Source of the DNA: a virus
Lineage: Duplodnaviria; Caudoviricetes
IMG/VR virus record: IMGVR_UViG_3300020045_013245
Location: 1 to 55,570 of that record
Length of the DNA stretch: 55,570 nt
Reading direction: 5' to 3' (one strand)
Position numbers and translations under genes: made by a program. Of the stretch, positions 38,504 to 48,412 are shown piece after piece. Each line of letters opens with the position of its first letter. The stretch's first letter is position 1. The notes beneath the pieces were generated by a model. That model was not told where the DNA came from. It saw only the letters and a program-made list of their open reading frames with translations, and searched no databases.

Positions 38504-39006
38504 TAAAGTTGATTGACATATTAAATGAAATTAAAATACTTGGTAAAATAACTCCTGAAATGGTAAATGACATATATAGCGAGTTGATGCGTGATGAATC
38601 TAAAAATAATGAAAGATGGGATATTAAAAATAAATATCATATAAAAATTCAAAGTTCTAAGGATTGGGAATATATACCACAAAATACATTAAATAAATTA
38701 TATTATGAGTTTTATAATTTATTAAATAATAATCAAATTAATGAAATTAAAATAATTAATTCTAAACAAGCAGGTTTATTAGGAAATAGAAAATTTAATG
38801 AATATATATTAGGAAAAAATACAAAAGAATCGATATATAATTTTGTTAAAGCTAATCCATATGTAAGTGAACTTCAAATAAAAAATGAATTAAATAATCA
38901 TTATAGTTCTAAAGGTATAAATGATAATGTTAGAAAAGTTAATTTACAAAGAATACAAGTTATAAATCCTTTAACAAAAAGGAAAACATTTTTATACTAT
39001 GTATAA
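38500..39006 (+). CDS. MIKL-leader family protein, two modules
   Basis: MIKLIDILNE|IKILGKITPEMV and INE|IKII; second module looks wHTH-like (IYNFVKANP.VSE.QI). Confidence 0.75.
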   Translation: MIKLIDILNEIKILGKITPEMVNDIYSELMRDESKNNERWDIKNKYHIKIQSSKDWEYIPQNTLNKLYYEFYNLLNNNQINEIKIINSKQAGLLGNRKFNEYILGKNTKESIYNFVKANPYVSELQIKNELNNHYSSKGINDNVRKVNLQRIQVINPLTKRKTFLYYV

Positions 39007-39106
39007 ATTGAAAAATTCTTAAATTCCAAAATTTTTTTCTTAAATTTATTAAAGAACTTTAAAAAGGTTATGGCTAATCTAATATATTTATACGAAATAA
39101 AATCGT

Positions 39107-39811
39107 ATGAAATGTTGTCCAAAATGTGAACAAGACAAAGATGAATCTGAATTTTCCAAAAGCAAAAATGCTAAAGATGGATTACAACCAAAATGTAAAA
39201 AATGTGAAAATAATAATTATAAAAAATTTAAACAAAAAAATCCAAATTATATTAAAGAACATTATAATAAAAATAAAGAACAATATAATATTTGGAATAA
39301 AAATTGGATAAAAGACAATCCTGAGAGATATCAAAGTTTCTTAAAAGAATATAGAGAGAAAAATTTAGAGAAAATAAGAAAATATAATTTAAATTGGGTA
39401 AAATATAAATATCATAATGATCCTAATTTTAAAATTAAACATGTTTTAAGGTCAAGTTTAAGAATATATTTGAAAAAATCAAGAATAGATAAAACAAGTT
39501 CAATTTCTAAATTATTAGGATGTAGTTGGAATAAATTTAAAAACTTTTTAGAATCTCAATTCCATCCAGAAATGAATTGGAATAATTGGGGTGATGTTTG
39601 GGAAATAGACCACATTAAACCATGTAGTAGCTTTGACCTAACAAAATTAAAGGAACAACAAAAATGTTTTCATTTTACAAATTTACAACCCCTATTTAAG
39701 ACAACTAAAATAGCTAAAGAACTTGGTTATAATGAAATGGGTAATCGTAATAAAAAAGATAAATTAGTTATGAATGGCTTACTATTTAATAGAAAAACAA
39801 GAACAACTTAA
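39107..39811 (+). mobile_element. HNH homing endonuclease
   Basis: N-terminal CPKC/CKKC zinc ribbon; WEIDHIKP...HFTNLQPL. Confidence 0.85.
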
Positions 39812-40970
39812 CAAGTTAAATCATTTTAATAACTGTTTTGTAAGTTTTATTTCTTTCAATGATAATTTTCATCCTAAATTAAATAAAATTTCACTAATAT
39901 ATATTAGAAATTTAGATTATCATAAAGGATATATATTATGTATTAAACATTCTGAAAGTTTGAGTTTACAACAAAAAGATGTTTTTGAATTTTTATTAAA
40001 TAAAACTAATAAAATTTTTGTAATAAATAAAAAAGAAGTTTTATATTATTTTAATTATCCCGAAAAGTTATTTGATATATCTTTTATTGAAAATTCAAAT
40101 TTAAGTAATATTAATATTCAATGTATAAATTATTTTTATAATAAATTTATAAATTATGAAAGAGTTAATTATTTAATACCAATATCCAAACATTATGAAA
40201 AACAAGAACAAATTTTTAATATTGTTTTACCTATAATTAAAAAATATGATGAAAATAATGAAATATATAAATTTCAAAATACAATTTTAACTGATTCTTT
40301 TTTTAATATTGAAAATAAAGGAATTAAATTAGATAAAGAGCAATTTATTAAATATTATAATAAAATAAAATATCCTGAATTTAATATTAATTATGGAAAA
40401 ATATTTACTCATTATAATTTATATACTTTAACAGGGAGACCATCCAATAGTTATAATGAAATAAATTTTTCATCATTAAATAAAGAAAATGGGGAAAGAA
40501 AATGTTTTATACCTGAAAATGATGAATTTATTGAATTTGACATAAATGGGTATCATCCACGTATAATTGCTGAATGGGTTAATTATGAATTACCAAAAGA
40601 AAAATTATATGAAACATTAGGAATTGCTAAAGAAGAAATGTTTCAAAATATATATGGGGGAATTCGCAAAAACCATCCATTTTTATTAAAGGTAAAAGAA
40701 TATATTGAAAAAAACTGGGGAAAAGGACATGAAGCTCAAAAATTATTTAATTATAAAGTTCAAAATACTGAAACTAATAAAAACGCAATTATAATACAAT
40801 CAATTAATAATTATTTAAAAAAGAAACAAAGTAAATTAATACATTATGTATATGATAGTTTCTTAATAGATTATTCAAAACAAGATGGAAATATAGTTAA
40901 TGAAATACAACAGATAATAAAATATCCCACAAAAATTAAAATAGGAAAAAATTATCATGCTCTTATGTAA
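39774..40970 (+). CDS. short family-A DNA polymerase-like protein
   Basis: TGRPS, EFDINGYHPR (motif A), K..F...YG (motif B), YVYDSF (motif C). Confidence 0.75.
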   Translation: MAYYLIEKQEQLNKLNHFNNCFVSFISFNDNFHPKLNKISLIYIRNLDYHKGYILCIKHSESLSLQQKDVFEFLLNKTNKIFVINKKEVLYYFNYPEKLFDISFIENSNLSNINIQCINYFYNKFINYERVNYLIPISKHYEKQEQIFNIVLPIIKKYDENNEIYKFQNTILTDSFFNIENKGIKLDKEQFIKYYNKIKYPEFNINYGKIFTHYNLYTLTGRPSNSYNEINFSSLNKENGERKCFIPENDEFIEFDINGYHPRIIAEWVNYELPKEKLYETLGIAKEEMFQNIYGGIRKNHPFLLKVKEYIEKNWGKGHEAQKLFNYKVQNTETNKNAIIIQSINNYLKKKQSKLIHYVYDSFLIDYSKQDGNIVNEIQQIIKYPTKIKIGKNYHALM

Positions 40971-40984
40971 AAATAAACATATTT

Positions 40985-41404
40985 ATGAATGGATTAAATA
41001 TTTACGACTCATTGGGAAAATTATTTCTCACATTTACGACACCAGAAACCTTGGACGAAACTTTATACACTATAAATCGTCGTTATTCAATATTATACAA
41101 CAAAATATTCATATTAGAATCCCCACAAACAACTGAATATATATGTACATATAATATTGATTCTGGGAATGTTTCTGAAGGTTTATTACCAAATACCATA
41201 CTTGTACATCGTAAAAAAGAATATAATGTTTTATATTCAATAAATGCTTTGAATTCAATTATTATGGAAAGCAATGGAGGAAAATTAGATAGAAATTATC
41301 AGGTCGATTGGTCTAAATATAAAAATAGTATATTATTGACAAATTCCCCAGAACAATCCCTCCGCAAATTAGATACGGCTATTTATAAAGTTGTAAATGT
41401 TTAA
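40985..41404 (+). CDS. hypothetical protein
   Basis: Intact ORF in the replication block; TILVHRKKE.N.LYSINALN. Confidence 0.6.
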   Translation: MNGLNIYDSLGKLFLTFTTPETLDETLYTINRRYSILYNKIFILESPQTTEYICTYNIDSGNVSEGLLPNTILVHRKKEYNVLYSINALNSIIMESNGGKLDRNYQVDWSKYKNSILLTNSPEQSLRKLDTAIYKVVNV

Positions 41405-41419
41405 ATTTTTTAAAAAGTA

Positions 41420-41452
41420 TTTGGTTTCCAAAATTCTTTAATTATATTTATC
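41420..41452 (+). promoter_or_regulatory. Bacteroidota-type promoter (TTTG-N19-TATATTTA)
   Basis: Shares a TTCCAAA spacer with the copies at 39018, 48373 and 53191. Confidence 0.55.
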
Positions 41453-41490
41453 TTAAACAAAAAATACAAATGTTATGATTATGTTTTAAT

Positions 41491-42084
41491 ATGAGTTTTA
41501 ATAAGAAAGAATATCTTAAAAAATACAATAAAAAATATTACATAAATAATAGGGATGAATTATTATCTAAACAAAAACAATATTATACTGATAATAAAGA
41601 AATAGTATTAAATTATCAAGAAATATATTATGAAAAAAATAGGGAGAAAATTTTAAAATCTAATTCTAAAAGAGGGAAAATATGGAGAAATAATAATCCA
41701 AATTACAATAAAGAATATAATATAAATAATAGAGAAAAATTAAATATATTATATAATAAATGGTATCATAAAAATAAACATAAATTAAGGTATATTCAAG
41801 CATGGAGAAATATTTTAAAAAGAACTTTAGAATATCAAAATATAAATAAAAATAATTCAACTTTTTATTATTTAAAATACTCTTCAAAAGAATTAAAAAT
41901 AAGAATTGAATCTCAATTTAAATTAGGAATGTCTTGGGAAAATTATGGAATAATATGGGAGATAGATCATAAAAAACCTGTTTCAAAATTTTCCAAAAAT
42001 GTTTCTCCACATATTGTTAATATGTTATGTAATTTACAACCTTTATTTATAAATGAAAATAGAACAAAATCAAGTAAATTTTAA
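41491..42084 (+). mobile_element. HNH homing endonuclease
   Basis: K/Y/N-rich repeats; MSWENYG..WEIDHKKP...NLQPL...NRTK. Confidence 0.85.
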
Positions 42085-42107
42085 ATAAAATATAAAATAT
42101 AAAAACT

Positions 42108-42908
42108 ATGGACTTAAATGCAATTAAATCGAAATTACAATCATTTCAACCAAAACCTAAAAACACATATGAGAAAATTGATTATACTCGTATTTATTTT
42201 AAACCCAAACCAGGAAAATATCAAATTCGCATAGTTCCTTCAAAATTTGATAAAAACAATCCATTTAAAGAAATTTATTTTCATTATGGATTTGCAAAAT
42301 TTCCAATTTTATCATTAACCAATTGGGGAGACGCTGATCCTATTAATGAATTATCTCAACAATTGAAGAAAACTAAAGATGCTGAAAATTGGAAATTAGG
42401 AAAAAAATTAGAACCTAAAATGAGAGTATTTGCTCCTATTGTTGTTCGTGGTCAAGAATCAGAAGGTGTTCGTTTATGGGAATTTGGAATGGAGATTTAT
42501 AAAGACTTAATGAAATGGACTGAAGATGAAGATTTTGGAGGTGATTATACTGATGTAGCTAATGGTAGAGATTTTACAATTGAAGTTGAAAAAGCAAATG
42601 TAGGTGGTCGTGAAGTAAATAAAGTTACTTCTATTAAAATTAAACCTAAAACATCTAATTTATCTGATGATGCTGCTTTAGTTGAAAAATTATTAAATGA
42701 ACAACCCGATATTTTATCTATTAATAGAAAATATAAATATGATGATTTAAAAGAAATTGTTCTAAAATGGTTAGCTCCTGAAGAAGAAACATCAAGTCCT
42801 ACTCCTATAGTTGAGGAATTAGATGAAAATAATGAGCATCCATTTGAAACTGATGAAGAAGTTAAAACAACTCCATCTAAAAAATTTGAACAATTATTTA
42901 AATCATAA
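42108..42908 (+). CDS. single-stranded DNA-binding protein (T4 gp32-like)
   Basis: QIRIVP, PFKE.YFHY, VRLWEFG, D.TD...GRD; acidic tail. Confidence 0.8.
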   Translation: MDLNAIKSKLQSFQPKPKNTYEKIDYTRIYFKPKPGKYQIRIVPSKFDKNNPFKEIYFHYGFAKFPILSLTNWGDADPINELSQQLKKTKDAENWKLGKKLEPKMRVFAPIVVRGQESEGVRLWEFGMEIYKDLMKWTEDEDFGGDYTDVANGRDFTIEVEKANVGGREVNKVTSIKIKPKTSNLSDDAALVEKLLNEQPDILSINRKYKYDDLKEIVLKWLAPEEETSSPTPIVEELDENNEHPFETDEEVKTTPSKKFEQLFKS

Positions 42909-42915
42909 TTAATTT

Positions 42916-44010
42916 ATGGGAAGACATTCAAAAGAAAGTTTAACAGAAACAATCTCTAAAGCAATTAGTACAGGATTTGATTTAGAATCCTTTAAAAAAT
43001 CTAAATATCTAGATAAGGGAGTAAAATTTAAAGAACAAAAATATATACCGTTATCTCCAGCATTACAAAAAGCATTATCAATATCTGGTATTCCAATGGG
43101 TCACATTTCCCTTCTTAGAGGGCATAGTGATACAGGAAAAACAGCTGCTTTATTAGAAGCTGCTGTTAATGCTCAAAAAATGGGAATTCTTCCTATTTTT
43201 ATTATCACAGAAATGAAATGGTCATGGGAACATGCTTTACAAATGGGGTTTGAATTAGAAGAAGTAAAAGATGGAGATGGAACTATAGTTGATTATAAAG
43301 GATTTTTTTTATATATAGACAGAAGTTCAATTCAAACAATTGAAGATGTATCAGGTTTTATAACAGATATATTAAATGAACAATCTAAAGGAAAATTACC
43401 TTATGATTTATTATTTTTATGGGATTCTGTTGGTTCAATTCCTTGTCAAATGAGTATTGAACAAGGAAAAAATAATCCTATGTGGAATGCTGGAGCAATG
43501 GCTACCCAATTTGGTAATTTTGTTAATCAACGTTTTCCTTTATCACGTAAAGAAAATCAGACATATACAAATACTTTATTATGTGTTAATAAAGTAGGAG
43601 TACAACCTGCTGAAAATATGTTTTCCCAACCTAAAATGACAAATAAAGGGGGGAGTGCAATGTTTTGGGATTCAACTATAGTAATTACATTTGGTAATGT
43701 TACTAATTCGGGTACTTCTAAAATTAAGGCTACTAAAAATGGAAAAGAAGTTGAATTTGCCAAACGTACTAAAGTATCATGTGATAAAAATCATATTACT
43801 GGATTACAAACAAAAGGTACAGTTATTATGACTGTTCATGGATTTATTGATGATGATAAAAAGGCAATTGATAATTATAAAAAAGAACATTCCAAAGAAT
43901 GGTTACCAATATTAGGTTCTACAGATTTTGAATTAGTAGAAGATAATTCAGATTGGGAAGAAAGCAAAAATATATCATTAATAGCATTAGAAGAAGAAGT
44001 AAATGAATAA
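42916..44010 (+). CDS. uvsX: RecA/UvsX-like recombinase
   Basis: Walker A GHSDTGKT, ITE, WDSVG, KGG..M motifs. Confidence 0.85.
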   Translation: MGRHSKESLTETISKAISTGFDLESFKKSKYLDKGVKFKEQKYIPLSPALQKALSISGIPMGHISLLRGHSDTGKTAALLEAAVNAQKMGILPIFIITEMKWSWEHALQMGFELEEVKDGDGTIVDYKGFFLYIDRSSIQTIEDVSGFITDILNEQSKGKLPYDLLFLWDSVGSIPCQMSIEQGKNNPMWNAGAMATQFGNFVNQRFPLSRKENQTYTNTLLCVNKVGVQPAENMFSQPKMTNKGGSAMFWDSTIVITFGNVTNSGTSKIKATKNGKEVEFAKRTKVSCDKNHITGLQTKGTVIMTVHGFIDDDKKAIDNYKKEHSKEWLPILGSTDFELVEDNSDWEESKNISLIALEEEVNE

Positions 44011-45049
44011 AGAATTAATAAAGGAATTATTAAATAATTTAAAAGAAGATAATCAAAAATATACATTAAATAATAAAATATTAATAATAGATGGTCTAAA
44101 TACATTTCTTAGATCATTTGCTATAATAAACCAATTTAATTCAAATAATAATCATATAGGAGGATTAGTTGGCTTTTTAAAGTCATTAGGATATATTATT
44201 AAATTAATTAATCCAACAAGAGTGATAGTTGTTTTTGATGGTCCAGGTGGTAGTGCTTCTAAAAAAAATTTATATCCCGAATATAAATCCAATAGACATA
44301 CAGGTAGAGTTACTAATTATCATATATTTTTAAATGATAAAGAGGGAGAAAATGAATCTATTAGTAATCAAATGAATCGTTTACTTCAATTTCTTCATCT
44401 TTTACCTATAGATTTAATATGTATTGATGCTTTAGAAGCAGATGATATAATGGGATATTTAGTTTCAAAATATGAAAAAAATAATGAAACTTCTCAAATA
44501 ACAATAATGTCTGCAGATCAAGATTTTCTTCAACTTGTTTCTTCCAAGACTCAGATTTATTCTCCTACAAAGAAAAAGTTTTATCAGACACCACAGGTAC
44601 TAGATGAATATGGAATTCATCCTAATAATTTTATTATAATGAAATCATTAATGGGTGATAAATCAGACAATTTACCAGGAATTGATGGATTAGGGCCTAA
44701 AAAATTTAAAAAATTATTTACTGAATATTTAAAAACAGAACTTAAATTTAGTTTAGAACAAGTTTTAGAATTAGCTACAATAAATATTGAATTTAATAAA
44801 TTATATGGTAAAGTTTTAGAACGTAAAAACCAATTAGAAATCAATTATAAATTAATGGATTTAAAAAATATTCCATTATCCCCAGAAAATATAAATATAA
44901 TAGAAGATATGTTATCAAAAGAAGTAAAATTTGATAAACAAAATTTTTATTTAATGTATAATAATGATAATCTAGGAGAATCTATACCTAATTGTTATAA
45001 TTGGTTATTACAAATATTTACACCTTTACAAACATATAGAATAATATAA
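44003..45049 (+). CDS. 5'-3' exonuclease / T4 RNase H-like flap endonuclease
   Basis: IIDGLN, VFDG, YK.NR, EADD, SADQD, GDKSDNLPGI.G.G.K. Confidence 0.92.
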   Translation: MNKELIKELLNNLKEDNQKYTLNNKILIIDGLNTFLRSFAIINQFNSNNNHIGGLVGFLKSLGYIIKLINPTRVIVVFDGPGGSASKKNLYPEYKSNRHTGRVTNYHIFLNDKEGENESISNQMNRLLQFLHLLPIDLICIDALEADDIMGYLVSKYEKNNETSQITIMSADQDFLQLVSSKTQIYSPTKKKFYQTPQVLDEYGIHPNNFIIMKSLMGDKSDNLPGIDGLGPKKFKKLFTEYLKTELKFSLEQVLELATINIEFNKLYGKVLERKNQLEINYKLMDLKNIPLSPENINIIEDMLSKEVKFDKQNFYLMYNNDNLGESIPNCYNWLLQIFTPLQTYRII

Positions 45050-45064
45050 AAACAGGAGGAATTC

Positions 45065-46429
45065 TTGACAACTCTCACACGATTAAACCAATTCGGTAAT
45101 TCATTTCAACAAAAAGTAATAGGACGTTTATTAACTTCTCAAAAATTTTTAATTAACGTTTCTGATGCATTATTACCTGAGTATTTTGAAAATAAATCAC
45201 ATGAATGGATAATAGATATTATTTTAAAATATTATAATAAATATCATACATATCCAAGTGTTGATAAAATGAATGTTGAAGTTAAAAAAATTGAAAATGA
45301 AATTTTACGAATATCAATTACAGAGCAGTTAAGAGAAGCATATAAGATAGCAGATACTGCTAATGATTTAGAATGGGTTGAACAAGAATTTACTAATTTT
45401 TGTACTAATCAACAAGTAAAAAAAGCAATTATGACTTCAGTAGATCTTCTTAATATGGGAGATTTTGAAGGAATAAAACAATTAATAAATAATGCTTTAA
45501 AAGCAGGACAAGACAAAAATGTAGGTCATATATATGATAAAGATATTGAAAGTAGATATAGAAAAGATGATAGAAAACCAATTCCCTTTCCTTGGAAAGT
45601 ATTTAATGAATTAACTCAAGGTGGGTATGGTAAAGGAGATTTAGTACTTGTGTTTGGTAATCCAAAAGGAGGAAAATCTTGGGCTGTTGCTGCAATGGGA
45701 GCATATGCTGCTACTTTAGGATATAATGTATTACATTATTCTCTTGAATTAAGTGAAGGATATATGGGAAAACGTTACGATGCTATTTTAACTGGTATTC
45801 CTGTTGATAAATTAGATAAACATAAAGATAAAGTGGAAGAAATGATGACAAATTTAAGAGGAAAAGTTATTATTAAAGCATATCCTCCAAGAAGAGCATC
45901 ATTTGCTACTATTGAATCTCATATTCAACATTTAGAACATCAAAATGGATTTGTACCTGATTTAATAATAATTGATTATTTAGATTATGTTCGTACTAAA
46001 TCTAGAAAAGATCGTAAAGAAGAAATTGATGATGTATATGTACATGCTAAAGGATTAGCTGTTGAAAAAGGAATTCCAATTATTTCTCCATCACAAGCTA
46101 ATCGTACAGGAGCAAAAGAAGGAATTCTTGAATCTCAACATGCTGCTGGATCATATGATAAAATTATGATTGCTGATATACTTATATCTTTAGCTAGAGG
46201 AAGAAAAGATAAGATAAATGGAACTGGAAGATGGCATTTTATGGGAAACAGATATGGAGCTGATGGATTAACATTTAGTTCTAAAATAAATACATCTAAC
46301 GGTCATATAGAAATTTATGATAAACCGTTGGATGAAGTAGAAGATGATGATAAATGGGAAAATGATCCAACAGGAATAGATAAAGAAGATAAAAATTTAA
46401 TAAAAACTTTTTTTAGTTCCCCAACTTAG
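45065..46429 (+). CDS. dnaB: DnaB-like replicative helicase (gp41-like)
   Basis: GNPKGGKS, SLEL, IIDYLD, SQANR, NRYG; TTG start after AGGAGG. Confidence 0.9.
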   Translation: MTTLTRLNQFGNSFQQKVIGRLLTSQKFLINVSDALLPEYFENKSHEWIIDIILKYYNKYHTYPSVDKMNVEVKKIENEILRISITEQLREAYKIADTANDLEWVEQEFTNFCTNQQVKKAIMTSVDLLNMGDFEGIKQLINNALKAGQDKNVGHIYDKDIESRYRKDDRKPIPFPWKVFNELTQGGYGKGDLVLVFGNPKGGKSWAVAAMGAYAATLGYNVLHYSLELSEGYMGKRYDAILTGIPVDKLDKHKDKVEEMMTNLRGKVIIKAYPPRRASFATIESHIQHLEHQNGFVPDLIIIDYLDYVRTKSRKDRKEEIDDVYVHAKGLAVEKGIPIISPSQANRTGAKEGILESQHAAGSYDKIMIADILISLARGRKDKINGTGRWHFMGNRYGADGLTFSSKINTSNGHIEIYDKPLDEVEDDDKWENDPTGIDKEDKNLIKTFFSSPT

Positions 46430-46511
46430 ATATATTTATCAATAATCAAGTTTTATCTAACCTTGAATTATTAACAACTTTTTATAACATTTCCCCCAAA
46501 TTAAATTAAAT

Positions 46512-48368
46512 ATGATGAATATTGAACAGGAAATTCTTTCTTCAATAACTATATTTTTAAAATATGCCAAATACATTCCTGAATTAAATAGAAGAGAAAC
46601 CTGGAAAGAAATAGTAGATAGAAATAAATTAATGCATATAAAAAAATATCCTCAATTACATGATGAAATTAATGAAGCATATGAAATAGTTTATGAAAAA
46701 AAGATCCTTCCTTCAATGAGATCAATTCAATTTGCTGGAAAACCTATTGAAATAAATAATGCAAGAATTTATAATTGTTGTTATTTACCTATTGATGATT
46801 ATAGATGTTTTTCTGAAATAATGTTTTTATTATTATCAGGATGTGGAGTTGGATATAGTGTACAAACTCATCATATAGAAAATTTACCAGAAATTAAAAA
46901 ACCTACAAGAACTAAAAGATTTTTAATTGGAGATTCTATTGAAGGGTGGTCTGATGCAATAAAAATGTTATTTAAATCATATTTAATGGGATCCCCATTA
47001 CCATTATTTGATTATAGAGATATTAGACCCAAAGGAGCAAGATTAATTACAGCAGGTGGAAAAGCACCAGGACCAGAACCTCTTAAAGAGTGTTTATTTC
47101 AATTACAAAAAATATTAGATAGAAAAGAAAATGGAAAAAAGTTAACTTCATTAGAATGTCATGATATGATTTGTCATATTGCTGATGCTGTATTATCAGG
47201 AGGAATTAGAAGAGCAGCTTTAATTGCTTTATTTAATTTAAATGATGAAGAAATGTTAACTTGTAAATTTGGTAATTGGTATGAAGAAAATCCACAAAGA
47301 GGTCGTGCAAACAATTCAGCAATGATTTTACGACATAAAATTCGTAAAAAAGAATTTTTAGAATTATGGAAAAAAGTTGAATTATCAAATTCAGGTGAAC
47401 CTGGAATATATTTTTCAAATGATAAAGATTGGGGGTGTAATCCATGTAATGAAGTTGCATTACGACCTTATCAATTTTGTAATTTAACTACTATTAACGT
47501 TTCTAATATTGAATCGCAAGAAGATTTAAATAAAAGAGTAAAATCAGCATCATTTATTGGTACTTTACAGGCATCTTATACTGATTTTCACTATTTAAGA
47601 GATATATGGCGTAAAACAACAGAAAAAGAAGCATTAATTGGAGTTGGAATGACTGGAATAGCATCTGGTAAAATATTTAAATATAATTTAGAAGAAGCAG
47701 CTGAAATTGTTAAGCAAGAAAATGAAAGAGTTGCAAAAATTATTAATATAAATAAAGCAACTCGTACTAATGTAATTAAACCAGAAGGAACTTCATCACT
47801 TGTATTAGGAACTTCAAGTGGAATACATGATTGGCATGATGAATATTATATTAGAACTATAAGATTAGGTAAAAATGAATCTTTATATACCCATTTACAA
47901 ATACATCATCCAGAATTAATAGAAGATGATTATTTTAAACCCAAAATACAAGCAATTGTATCAATTCCACAAAAAGCTCCAAAAAATGCTTTTATAAGAA
48001 ACAATAGTACAGCTATTGATTTATTAGAACGTGTAAAAAAATTCAATATTGAATGGATAAGAACAGGACATAGAAAAGGAGAAAACACAAATAATGTATC
48101 AGCAACAATATCAATAAAACCTGAAGAATGGGAAGTTGTTGGTGAATGGATGTGGAAAAATAAAGAATTTTATAATGGATTATCTGTGTTACCATATGAT
48201 AATCATAGTTATAAACAAGCCCCTTTCCAATCTTGTTCGAAAGAAGAATTTGATAATATGGTTTCTCATTTACATGCTCTAGATTTAACTAAAGTTATAG
48301 AATTTGATGATGCCACTAATTTTAATGATAGCGTTGCTTGCGCTTCAGGACAATGTGAAGTAACTTAA
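46512..48368 (+). CDS. nrdJ: class II (adenosylcobalamin) ribonucleotide reductase
   Basis: GGIRRAALI, NPCNE, CNL, KPEGT and C-terminal CASGQC; no adjacent nrdB. Confidence 0.88.
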   Translation: MMNIEQEILSSITIFLKYAKYIPELNRRETWKEIVDRNKLMHIKKYPQLHDEINEAYEIVYEKKILPSMRSIQFAGKPIEINNARIYNCCYLPIDDYRCFSEIMFLLLSGCGVGYSVQTHHIENLPEIKKPTRTKRFLIGDSIEGWSDAIKMLFKSYLMGSPLPLFDYRDIRPKGARLITAGGKAPGPEPLKECLFQLQKILDRKENGKKLTSLECHDMICHIADAVLSGGIRRAALIALFNLNDEEMLTCKFGNWYEENPQRGRANNSAMILRHKIRKKEFLELWKKVELSNSGEPGIYFSNDKDWGCNPCNEVALRPYQFCNLTTINVSNIESQEDLNKRVKSASFIGTLQASYTDFHYLRDIWRKTTEKEALIGVGMTGIASGKIFKYNLEEAAEIVKQENERVAKIININKATRTNVIKPEGTSSLVLGTSSGIHDWHDEYYIRTIRLGKNESLYTHLQIHHPELIEDDYFKPKIQAIVSIPQKAPKNAFIRNNSTAIDLLERVKKFNIEWIRTGHRKGENTNNVSATISIKPEEWEVVGEWMWKNKEFYNGLSVLPYDNHSYKQAPFQSCSKEEFDNMVSHLHALDLTKVIEFDDATNFNDSVACASGQCEVT

Positions 48369-48372
48369 AAAT

Positions 48373-48405
48373 TTTGTTTTTTCCAAAATTCTTTTATTAA
48401 ATTTA
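48373..48405 (+). promoter_or_regulatory. Bacteroidota-type promoter (TTTG-N21-TAAATTTA)
   Basis: Repeat of the 41420 motif. Confidence 0.5.
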
Positions 48406-48412
48406 TAGTTAT

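Noticed and set aside
11320-38564. MIKL boxes as DGR template/variable repeats or integron attC sites
   Set aside because: No reverse transcriptase or integrase in the window, no adenine-specific variation and no palindromic attC structure
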